From Bugula neritina (lineage: Eukaryota; Animalia; Bryozoa), in assembly GCA_964035545.1 (NCBI GenBank), contig OZ037767.1, positions 28,412,628 through 28,476,627 on the forward strand: a stretch of DNA of 64,000 bases, in the 5' to 3' direction. The position numbers and the translations under genes were made by a program. Positions 25,001 to 42,027 of the stretch are shown here, piece by piece. Under the pieces are notes generated by a model, which was given only the letters and a program-made list of their open reading frames with translations, did not search any database and was not told the origin of the DNA. Within the stretch, counting starts at the first letter, position 1; the number at the start of each line of letters is the position of its first letter.

Positions 25001-28000
25001 TATATTAGTAAAGTTATTTTTATTTCAGTTTAAGTCAGATTCTGTTGCGCCTGTAGTATGGTTTGGAAATGTGTTTAATTTAAAATTTCTAGAAGAAAGT
25101 TACTAATAAATTGATACAGAGTAGCTTATATAATTTGTAAACCTATTTTGCTTATACAGAGCTCAAAGGGTTTCCACAGTGGAGATAATTAGAGAAACAA
25201 ATTTATCCTAATAAATGCTTTTACTAAAAAAAATAATGCGTTGGTAATCATTAGACTGGAACAAGATGCCGACAGTAGACACACACTTTTCCGCTTTCTG
25301 AGAGTTGAAGTTGACGACAAGAGTGTTGCGTAGCTTGTTTAGCCACACAAACATCCAGATGTAGAGGAACTCTGTGATATCTAGACAGGCTTGAAAGAAG
25401 GAAGTGATGTACGGCTTAGCAGCTTCATACGTCTGAAATGTGCCTACATGAAAGAACAACATATTAAATACAAATACAAAATAATAAAGCAACAATAATA
25501 GCATAAATAATTATACAACAATATTACGCTGACAGTGTGAGAGTGAGTTGATGTCTATACAAGAGATATGAAAACTCTCAACTGAAAAAAACCAATATAG
25601 GTGCACCTAAAAGTATCAGGACTTTGTGCGGCAAGGGCATTGAATCAATTATAGTTATGCTGCTACCACCAATGCTACTTGGGCTAAGATTTACAGCCCA
25701 GGAGAAAGCCCTGCTTAGTTTATAGGAGTGTTTTAATAGGAGACCTAAGAAATAATTCTTCCCAATCGCTTGCATATAATATTATATAAGTTAAGTTAAT
25801 ATTGTTATGCAATGCAGGTGATTATATAACAACCTTTTAAGTTCAATAAACCATAATAGCTATTGAAATAAATATATATGCTTGTTATGTGTAGGTTGCA
25901 ATATAATATAGTTAAACATAGATAGTAATAAAATATAATTTTAAAATATATAACAGCATAATATTATACAATAAATACTCTAAACATACATATAAAAGAA
26001 GACTTGTGCTTCTATTTTCGTCACAAAACTAAAATCTTTTTGCGTCATCATTTTACTATAAATAGCTCAACACCTGTCCTAAGATGAGTTATGTATACCT
26101 GTGTGAACAGAGAGGTTAGCCAAAGGATATAGTGGTATGAGTAAAAGTAGATAGGCTGTTGTTGCTACCGCCTCACTCCTCATAGCTGCTTTCATGGGTG
26201 ATACCTGGGCAGTTGGATACATATATTATAATGTATTATTTACATATATACTTAGCCTTTGTATTAAAACTATATTAACATGCTTTGTATGAAACATGTG
26301 ACAAATTAAAGCACCATGATTATCAAAACGTATAAATGTTATAGTTTAGCCAAGTCATTCAAGCTTGCTAGAGAGAAGAAAATATAGCGTTATGGCCATC
26401 ATATAAAGTGTAGAAGCCCAATTATTACACTAATCAAAGAACCATGCATTATTATAGCATTGATTGACTGTGGAATGATAATATATATGTCAAGTATACA
26501 CTCAAGTCACTTTGCTTCTCACAGCACCACAAACAAAATTTCCTGAAGATGATTGCGTCTAAGCATTGCTTTTCTCTGTTAGACATTGGAGGCTTTGCCT
26601 AGCTTGTGCAATTTAATTAAATATTACACTGTACAAATCATATCATTCATGGAACAAAATTCAGAGTTATTTTCTCTCACGAAAAGGTTAAGCCTGGGGC
26701 CTTTTCTTATCATATGCAGCCTACACCAGTGAATTATTTATCATAGAGACTATCATCTTGAGCTACTTCTGAAGGCCATTGTCTAACTCAATAGATAGTA
26801 AATTTGTGTTTTTCTATTGTATATAATCTAAATAGAGGTATAAAAATGAAAGATTTATATGATATTCTCGTCACTTCACTCCAATTTTTTCATTAATATG
26901 TAAAACTATAAGTGTTAGTACATTTTTAGTGCCTCATTTACTTATGTTGTTAGCCTTCTTACCTCAAAATGCTGCAGGACAGATAAAGTTATTATGTTAC
27001 ACACGAGTCCAGAGACTATAACTAAAGAGAAAACCACAGACTTGATAGCGTAGTTACTTATGATATGTTTGGATTCGTCATGCTGCGTCTCCACGACTAA
27101 GAAACATAACATATATGATTACTTTACTTTACTTTACAATAAGCCATCTCTATTTAAACAAGGAACCATATTTAAGGTAAAAGTTTTGCTGGTAAATCTT
27201 TATTTGCAGATAGGTACATTGTAGAATTTAGAATGCATTAAAACAATTATCTATAGATATAGTTTATAGATATAGTTTAAAGATATTATAGCAAATAATC
27301 TACACAAAGATGTACAATCAATAGCTGTTACACAAACTTAATTTTGTAAGTATTTTGTTGAAATAGCTATATTTATAAACTATAATGTAAATTGATGCCC
27401 ACTAAAGCAGTATAAATATGAGTACATTTGGTATAGGTAGAAATAGAGTGTAAAAGTAGGGCTGTGTAGTTGCTCACTGCAGTGCAGCCAATTTCAATAT
27501 TAGAGGGTTGTCTCCTTTCTTACCATTCTCTGAGTCAGGTGGACAATGAAGAATCCTGTTGTCTAGGTGAATCACTTCATCTTGATTAGAAAGTCGGGCT
27601 GGTATATGCTCATCTCCGTCTTTCTTCAAAGAGTTTCCGTATAGTTTATGCCATAGCCAATGCTTGTTTACATAACTGGCATCTATACGGGTTGCCCAAG
27701 TCGTGTTCCGCAATGATGGATAGTTTAGAGAGTAGACAAGAGCTAAGAAGTTGCACAGGAGAACAGTCTTTACTAAGAGTTTTACCTGTAAAATTGCTTG
27801 TCAATGTTTATTTAAAGTCATACTCATTAAAACTATTAGGTAATTCACTCTCCCTGTTAATTTTCTATAGTCATTAGTCAACCATGTGTAAAATGTTAGG
27901 TACTAAATGAGGGATAACTTTTTTTGTGGTTATCATAATATACTATAGAAACTCCAATAAAAGTCTAAACCTAAAGATATTATAATAAATTATGTTATAA

Positions 28001-28446
28001 GAAGAAAAGTTTTATTGAGCTGTTATGTTACAGATGCATGTATTAACTATAGTAAATACTGTTAGAACTATATTTATGTTGATGTAAAAAATATTATTGT
28101 TATGTTAAGATATATAGCAAAATAGCAAGCATGTGAAAAATTTTTAATTTATCATATTAAAATGAAAAAAAAATTAATAAAAACAAAATACTTTTCAATT
28201 TTTAATGTAGAGATTTGTTCTTCGAAATAAAGTATTTTTAAAAATATCATCTTTTCTTTATGTTTTCATTTATCAAATATATTCAGCCTGTTATCCAAAT
28301 TAGTATAAGTGCGAGACAGTTAGATACATAGGTTAAAACCAGCTACACCAACTTGGCACACTCACCCCAGGAGAACTTATAGGTACTAAATTCAACATTT
28401 CAACAACCCAGTCATTGTTGGTCCACTTTGGGTGAAATGATTGCAT
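22019..28446 (-). CDS. divergent rhodopsin-family (class A) GPCR, FMRFamide-receptor-like, 10 coding exons, ~487 aa
   Basis: Phase-consistent exons: 28446-28366, 27785-27524, 27096-26963, 26204-26099, 25443-25287, 24965-24811, 24398-24233, 23589-23461, 22716-22546, 22121-22019 (1464 nt). Seven hydrophobic segments in order: SGLVCNIITLSVL (TM1), AVATTAYLLLLIPLYP (TM2), ITEFLYIWMFVWLNKLRN (TM3), CLGIIVNLPKFFD (TM4), YQVFLLSLIYYIMPFIWLAIITY (TM5), RIFMFYILLLPGAFF (TM6), LLSTLHAAFAAFITYMVWHEVFREKV (TM7 and helix 8). KCT..NLPKFF and the ECL1/ECL2 spacing resemble FMRFamide/myosuppressin/sex-peptide receptors. Confidence 0.8.
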
Positions 28447-28948
28447 TCCTGAAATTATTCATGTTGATTGTTTGCATTGTTGTTTCTGTATTTTCTGCGG
28501 AGCATTGTTGTGTAGCAGCAGCTGTATAGTATATGGAAGTTGTCAGCAAAGATGTCACAACTCCCAATATATATAAATATGCATGGAGTGTGGAGATAAC
28601 TACTATAACAACACTGCTGTTCTTTCTTTGAAATGATGTTTATAATAATTATTACAATAAAAACAAAAGCATATTATTATTTCAACATATCTTTTATTAC
28701 TGTACTTATACAGGTATTATACAGTGTAAGCTGCAGCTTTAAGCATTGCATTTTATTATAATCACTTTTTATACTAATAAAAACCGGAATTATATTTGTA
28801 AAATGGTTTTCTGAGCTTTTCATTAAAATATAAATTTTCTCCATAACAAAGCAATAAAAATCTGATCAGCAATGCTAAATCTAGCCATAGTAACACATAA
28901 TACATGCAAATGGTGCAAATCTCTCCTTTGCATTCACGTCAGTTTTAC

Positions 28949-29021
28949 CTCGGTGAGAAAATTCTTAATGGCGGAGATTATTTCGAGTTAATCACAACCG
29001 TGTTCCTTGTATAGTCATAAC
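28949..29021 (-). other. probable 5' UTR exon of the GPCR, with an 8-codon uORF (MTIQGTRL*, 29018-28992)
   Basis: Acceptor tatatgtag, donor GAG|gtaaaa. Splicing to 28448 places an in-frame TAA upstream of the GPCR ATG. Confidence 0.45.
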
Positions 29022-29571
29022 CTACATATAATACATGTAAGCTTGTGAAATCAGCAGTAAAATTAGCAACAATTAAGCAATTGTTAATATTAAGTATTCT
29101 TCCAGTGAAGAAAATTATTCACAAAGATTGTTTTTAGCTATAAAAAATATTTCTACATAGAAATCGTATTAAAAGAAGTTTTTAGACATTAAATAATGCA
29201 ATCAATCCCAAAGTAGTGCGTAATTCACATCTTTTGTCAAAACTATTTTAGGCTACTTGTTTCTGGTATTACTGACAAAAGCAATAGCAGCTTAATAAAT
29301 ATAATATCATTGCGCATAAAACTAGAAATTAATTGTCATAACATGCATTTTAAAGTAAACTAACTAATGAATGCAAATACAGTTATAAACATCAGAAAAA
29401 CTATGAGATGTTTTTTTAGATTTGACATTCTGAAATTGTCTGTTAGTTGACTCGCTCAGTTACACACAATATAAATATTAGATACGTCTGCATTTAACCG
29501 GAGCAGAGCTAGTACAACGTCAAAGTTTTGTTTTGTTTCGGAGAGATGACCCCTCTCGGTTTCCTCTGGCG

Positions 29572-35448
<5,877 letters not shown>

Positions 35449-36376
35449 GGCTTCCAAGATGAGCAACTTTGGTCAGATCTCAAACTACAACAAAATAGGG
35501 ATTATTTTCTGATACTGCAGCTACTCATGTCTGCAATACCACAGCTGGCAGCGCTAAATGATGACATTGACTAAGATGATTACTTCTGGAAGGATCATGT
35601 GTCATGCCTCACTAGCAACTCTGAATTAGCTATGATTAGATGTAAAAATTGTCAGGTCATGCATTCTTACCCATTCACGACGAGTCCAACACTGTGTTGG
35701 ATAATATACAGTGAATTTACTGAATAAAATACATACTAATGATTGTATAATGCATATGACTGTCTCTGAGATAAAATCTTCCATATACATTCTAATTAAT
35801 TAATCTGAAAGCTATAAATAGTTACAGTAAGATAGACTATCATAATTTTTAAATCTAAGAATTCATCAAATTTCTAAAACTTTAGATAGACTAAAAAGAG
35901 CCAATACGTGAATATGTTAATATTTAATTTGATAATTTCATGTTATAAACTATTTATCGTACAGTGTGCACCACTTGAGCCTGAAGTGTACAATGCTTAG
36001 ATGTTGCAAAGTTTATTGAAAACTTTCAGTCAAAGTTCCTGCTGTGATTAATAATTTGTACTATAATATACACCTGAGTGGACAAAGGAACAGGGTGGAC
36101 ATTTCCATGCTGAATCTGAAGCACTCTCAACAAGTTATTAGTAAAAAAATATATTTGAATCACATGTAATGTTGTTTTTGGCTAATGCAACGCACACCTA
36201 TGATCATAGAATAATGCTTTCAACTAAATTATGCTACCATTTATAAAAGTTATAAACCTTCTATCAATTACATACAATCAATTAAAAGAAAGATTGAAAA
36301 AAGTTTTCTGTCTTCCATTCAGCCAGACAATTAGAACTTTACGTTGTAGCACATTATTATCTATATGTCTTTCCTG

Positions 36377-36424
36377 GGTGCATGCGTGCGTGCGTGCATG
36401 CGTGTGTGTGTGTGTGCGCGCGTG
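36377..36424 (+). repeat. (TGCG)/(TG) compound microsatellite
   Basis: Directly visible. Confidence 0.85.
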
Positions 36425-37079
36425 GTAAGGTACAAGTTCTACAACCAAGGAAAAATTTTTTTCCCAAATTTTGATTTTTATTTGTAAACAAGAGGTTATT
36501 GAAAATCAAAATCAAAATTTTAAATGCTTAGAAAAACTAAAAGCACAAACATGTTTCCGGTTACCAATTAATTACTTACCAAAACGATAAAGAAATTTCC
36601 CAATAATAAGCCTAGACAATAGCACTATAAGTTGCAGCAATCTACTCCTTCAACTCCAGCAACTAGAAGTAAGCTTAAACTTTCTTATCCACTGTGAATG
36701 CTATGCCCTCAATTCAAATAACCACAAACCAATTGGTGCAAACCCTGAACTCCTTGTAGATTTATCTCAAAACCCAAATGTATATATAGTGTCTGCGTAG
36801 AGCTACCAAATGAAACTGTATGTTTCGCAAGCGAATTAAAAGTCTCCCCAATTATCCTGATTAATTGTTGGAATCTGACAAGATGTGAATGGTAAGTGAT
36901 TGATTTCGTATCAATAATCTGTGAACTACGTCACACAGCGGGTAGAGCTAGAACATGCTGTCTTATGCTACTAAATGACATCTCATCTAGCTGCAACCTG
37001 CTTTACTTCTGGAAAATTACAGTTGAACAGTTTGCTCCAAGGTTCATACAAAGTTTTTCTGCCTTAGGCCAGAGTCAGC

Positions 37080-37159
37080 GGTCAAATGTCATTAGGTCAG
37101 AGGTCAAATGCCATTAGGTCAAAGGTCTAATTGTATTAGGTTAGAGGTCAACTGTAATT
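37080..37159 (+). repeat. 22-bp minisatellite (GGTCAAATGTCATTAGGTCAGA), interrupted by the MITE and resuming at 37926-37945
   Basis: Three full units plus a fourth that is split by the insertion. Confidence 0.85.
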
Positions 37160-37922
37160 CACGGGCTTTCCATGTACCGATCTGAGACATGTGCTCAGAT
37201 CGATCGTTTTTCCATGAGAGTGTCAGATCGATCTCTCGGAGTTGCCTCCTCTTAGGTAAAGACTACTTTAATAGCATAATTTTTTCACCCACCTGAGTGA
37301 TGAAAGCTACTGCTGTTGGAAACCAAAATTTTCATAGTCTAAAATTTACTGTCAGCTATAAACTCTACGCAGTAAAGCTTTTAGTATGAAGTAATTTGGC
37401 CAATTTAATGTAATTAATTTTAATATTTTAGCTTGACAGCTTATATAAAATTAATAGCTGTTGTGCAGCTTATTCATAAACTTACGGGACTATTAGGCTT
37501 AAAATTACGCAGCAAATAACTAATGACAGTGCGTTATACTAGTCGTTTAAATTCAATTGAAATGCTCTCACTTTTTGTATCTTCTACCGTCCATAATTTT
37601 ACATAATTAAGTTTTCCTAATCATTTTACTGAAAGTCAAAGTTTTGCCACTTAAAAAGGTGGCTATCTTAATTATTAAGTACTTTGCTTAGTAATTAACA
37701 ATAAGTTATCATTTTTATTAGCAGACAACATTTTAGCGAGCAGTCATTTTTCTACTTCTCGGATCGATCTGGCGTCTTTCCATGGTCTTATTGCATTGAG
37801 ATCGATCTGAGTTCGAGCTCTACAGACCGACCAGCTCAGAACGACTGAGATCGATCTTTGGCGTCTTTCCATGGATCGATCTCAGCAAGATCGATCTGAG
37901 ATCGGTACATGGAAAGCCTGTG
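37160..37922. mobile_element. non-autonomous DNA transposon (MITE), 763 bp, CAC...GTG termini, 3-bp TSD ATT, CMC (Chapaev/CACTA)-like
   Basis: TIRs CACGGGCTTTCCATGTACCGATCT and CACAGGCTTTCCATGTACCGATCT (23/24 match). ATT at 37157-37159 and 37923-37925. Seven subterminal GATCGATC palindromes and no internal ORF. Removing the element plus one ATT restores an exact 22-bp host repeat unit. Confidence 0.9.
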
Positions 37923-38048
37923 ATTAAGTCAGAAGTCAAATGTTAGTAACTTAGAGAGTACAAAGCTGCTTGCAATAACTTTGGTGATGCACCTATGTAA
38001 TATTGCAACGATGTAGCATTCTAGCATTGCTGAAAAATAATATTGTAG

Positions 38049-38099
38049 ATACTGCAGGCGTGAGTGTTAGAATACTGCAGACGTGAGTGTTAGAATACT
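38049..38099 (+). repeat. 23-bp tandem duplication (ATACTGCAGRCGTGAGTGTTAGA) x2
   Basis: Direct repeat. Confidence 0.85.
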
Positions 38100-39414
38100 G
38101 GAATAGTTTTCTGTTTTCTATTTGAACTTCAGTAGCTTAAAATGATGTCAGGAACTAGTTTTGAAATAGTTTTCAAAGAAGGCTTAATTAGAGATAATAA
38201 GGCAAAAACAATACTTTACAGAATATTATATATCTTTAAGCTCTAAAGATGTAGTGAATGATGAGGGTACTTAATGACTGTTATGTTTGTATATAAGTGT
38301 TATTTATTATCACATTTGGTAAGTATGATGTAATTTGTCCAAATAGCAACAATATAGTTGCCTTCTCATTTAATTAGCCTTGTAACAGTTTTCTAACCTG
38401 GTATAGCTGGTGTTTTTCAGAGTAATATTCCTGATAGACTCAGTACCATCCTACAAGACATCTGACAAAGCTCAGTAAAGACTTTAGCAGTGCCTTCTCT
38501 TGTAGTATAGGCAAAGTACTTGTACGTGGAATAGTCCAGGGATGTACAGTTAGGTGTGGCAATTATAGTTTAATTGGTGATACGTTATCACATTGGTAAT
38601 GCAATTGACACAGGCTTTCACTGTCCTGCGTCACAAGTTACTGGAGTGTCACATTACAACATAAGATGCAAAACACAAATTTTCAAGTAAAATGCCACCA
38701 GCACAATAGATAGCAGGTTCAATATTGAATATAAACTTTATAGCCTGTAGACTGTAGACTGTAGAGTATAGACTATAACATATTCTTAAAGTGGCAAACA
38801 CTTACATTCTTCTAAAGTTTAAAGAGAGACACATGCATAATTTTAAAACAATCAAAATGCTTCTGGGTTGGGATAATAACAGGGTTTGGGGTGAACTAAA
38901 ATTATGCTTCATGATCATTAGTTTTGACATGGATATAATGGCAGTGAGAATAGCTTTAGCATAAGGCAGTACAACTATATGGTGATTTGGTTTTATTATC
39001 ATCCCTCTTATTACTGCAGATACAAGATCTTTTAAAATTTATAATTGCTTTTATACAAATGACTATTTCATTACATGAGATAACTAATTTATTCAAAAAA
39101 TGACCGTAGGAGAAAGGCTTATAATATCTGTTAGTTACATAATGAGCAAGTTTTAATCATTAGGTGAAGTTGTTTAGGATTTATCCATGCAACAAATCTG
39201 AGATGCTGTATGTAAGCTTTCAAAGTGTAGATTATGGACAACCTATAAAGCTTATGACAAACTGGATTATGTTTTAATCCAGTTAATGTAGTCCTAAGTA
39301 ACAGCTGCATAACTAATTTAGTAGGTTTACGTTGAGTCGTATCAAGTGAGAAGTTTTCCGATATTTTGTGTTGTAGCTTTTACAACTTTGTACCCTCAAC
39401 ACCTTTACCCCCAA

Positions 39415-40045
39415 AACCCCTTACAATACCTTCAGTACCTTTACTATACCCCCAGTATTTTTACTATACCCTTACTACACCCTTACTACACACTTACTAC
39501 ACCCTTACTATAATACCCTTACTATACCCTCACTATACCCTTACTACACCCTTACTACACCCTTACTATAATACCCTTACTACACCCTCGCTATATACCC
39601 TCGCTATACCCTCACTATACCCTCATTATACCCTCACTATACCCTTACTACACCCTCACTATACCCTTACTACACCCTCACTATACCCTTACTATACCCT
39701 TACTACCCTCTTACTATACCCTTACTACACTCTTACTACACCCTTACTATACCCTTACTACACCCTTACTACACCCTCACTATACCCTTACTACACCCTC
39801 ACTATACCCTTACTACACCCTCACTATACCCTTACTATACCCTTACTACCCTCTTACTATACCCTTACTACACTCTTACTACACCCTTACTATACCCTTA
39901 CTACACCCTTACTACACCCTCACTATACCCTTACTACACCCTCACTATACCCTTACTGCACCCTTACTATGCCCTTACTATATCCTTACTATAATCTTAC
40001 TATACCCTTACTGTACTTTCACTATACCTCACTATACCCTCAGTA
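39415..40045 (+). repeat. 11-bp minisatellite (CCCTTACTAYA / CCCTCACTATA), more than 50 units
   Basis: Tandem 11-mer variants. This array explains the spurious 259-aa ORF at 39366-40145. Confidence 0.95.
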
Positions 40046-42027
40046 CTCTGAATACCTCAGCATTTCTAGTATTATCAGTACAGATCTGCCAATAAGTAAT
40101 CATCTTGATGAGTGTACAGCTGAACGAGACAGTGTATTACAGTAAGGGGTAACCGGAATTAGAAATTACCTTCTCTCTGAAAGAGAAATCTATTGCTTTA
40201 ATAACCAGATATCTTTCAGAAAACTTTTGTTTAGGACTGTATATAGGCTATCCGTTAAGATACTTCATGCATCTGTTCAAAAAGGCATCCCATCTTTAAA
40301 TTATTACATAATAAACTGATAAACAAATTGTCAATTTCAATTCATTTCTGTCTTTTTTATATTATAACCATTTAATTCCTATGAAAAAAGCTTAAAGTTC
40401 ATTGAGATTTAGCAATAGTTGAACAACCATTAGCATTCCATTTACGAGCCGTGCTCAAAGCCACCCTCTCTTAAGATGAGCTTGTCATACCAACTAGCAC
40501 CAGGCTCAACCCAACTGCAAATTGGAAACCCATTCCAGGTTTTGTGCCACGACACCAAAATTTCACCAACCTCTAATTTATGCGCATTTTATACAACTAT
40601 GTGTCCTAATAAAAGTGTAATTATTACCTATTCTCTTATTATAAAACAGGTCAATGTAATTTACATTTTATTATTAATATACCACGCAATCAAGGAAGTT
40701 GATGATTTGATATCATTTAGTGGGCAGACATTTTGTGTTAGAAGATTGTCAAATTTTGCAAATACCTGAAGGTGAAGGAGTTAACTTTAATTTCAGGTAA
40801 AACACGCCCCAATGACACCTTTTCAACCATGACTCTCTCTAAACCTGCAAATCATTTCCACTTTTAGTCACCTGGAAAAGTTTAAACGTCAATTTGCAGA
40901 TTCTCTGACTCATCCTTGATGATAAATTATTATAAAAGTAAAATGAATTTTCCAGCCTCACAAAAAAATTGAATTGATTAATGAATTTCAGAATATAATT
41001 CAATTTCGGAAGAAAGAAATAATCTGCGTATAGATAAAAAATATACCTTATACACCCAGTAGCGCTAGATTATGTATTAGAGAAAAATCAATTTGCTTAA
41101 CAATAAATTTCGACGTGATTTGATCCGTAACAATATGGTACCTAAATTAATTTTAGAAGTTATCAAAGAAGTTAGATTTATAACTTAGCTCTAAAATTTA
41201 ATTAACATTTTATTGATGTTATGATTAGAAAGTGTACAATTGCTTTGCTTCCCAAAAGTGGGGACATCATAACACACATAAATTGCAATCCAATGCATAG
41301 AACTGGATATTTCAGTCAAGAAATGCTGTAGCAAATTCAGACGTTAAATTATTTAAGAATGCTATTGATAAATGATTAAAACTCTGTGACCAACATGATC
41401 AGATGTGTCCAACAGGCCTAATAGTATATTATCATTATGAAAAGCTTTGAAGAATTATCTTACCTTGAACACTTTAAAATAAGAAAGCTCACTAAATATA
41501 TGTTTATATTTTTTACACTTAGTAAAAAGTGAAAACTCTAGTACCTACAAATAGGGACTGTAGATGTGAATCATCAGAAATATTACACACTGTAGTGTAT
41601 AGCAAAATATGCTTTACTCATTTGAATGTTTCAGTTATTAAATTTCACCTGTACAATAAAACGAAGTACGATGTAGATCACCAAAATATGACCAACTAAA
41701 GACAAACAGTTTAGGAGTTATTTCTCCTGAAAGGCAGACAAGTAGTGTATAGTTTAGCATAGAGTTTATTAGCACAAAACATCAGGAGGAATAAAAAGAA
41801 ATATGTTTATATTCAATAGCAAACATGGAGTAATAATTTAAAGTATGTACATAAAGTTATATGTGTATTTAGGGCATCATTAAAACAATAAATAATGAGC
41901 TGATGAAAACCAATAAGTTGTCAATGGGCAGTTTATAGTGTAATAACTAAAAAACACAACTGGCACAATGCCAGGTAATCAACGGACGGATATTACTGTA
42001 TAAATTCCAATGGCAGACATCACATGA

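Noticed and set aside
39415-40045. Interstitial telomere
   Set aside because: The unit is 11 bp with TAAGGG, not tandem TTAGGG.
39366-40145. 259-aa Tyr/Thr/Pro/Leu-rich ORF resembling an adhesive protein
   Set aside because: It is produced by an 11-bp (non-triplet) minisatellite and has a TTG start, no signal peptide and no convincing splice context.
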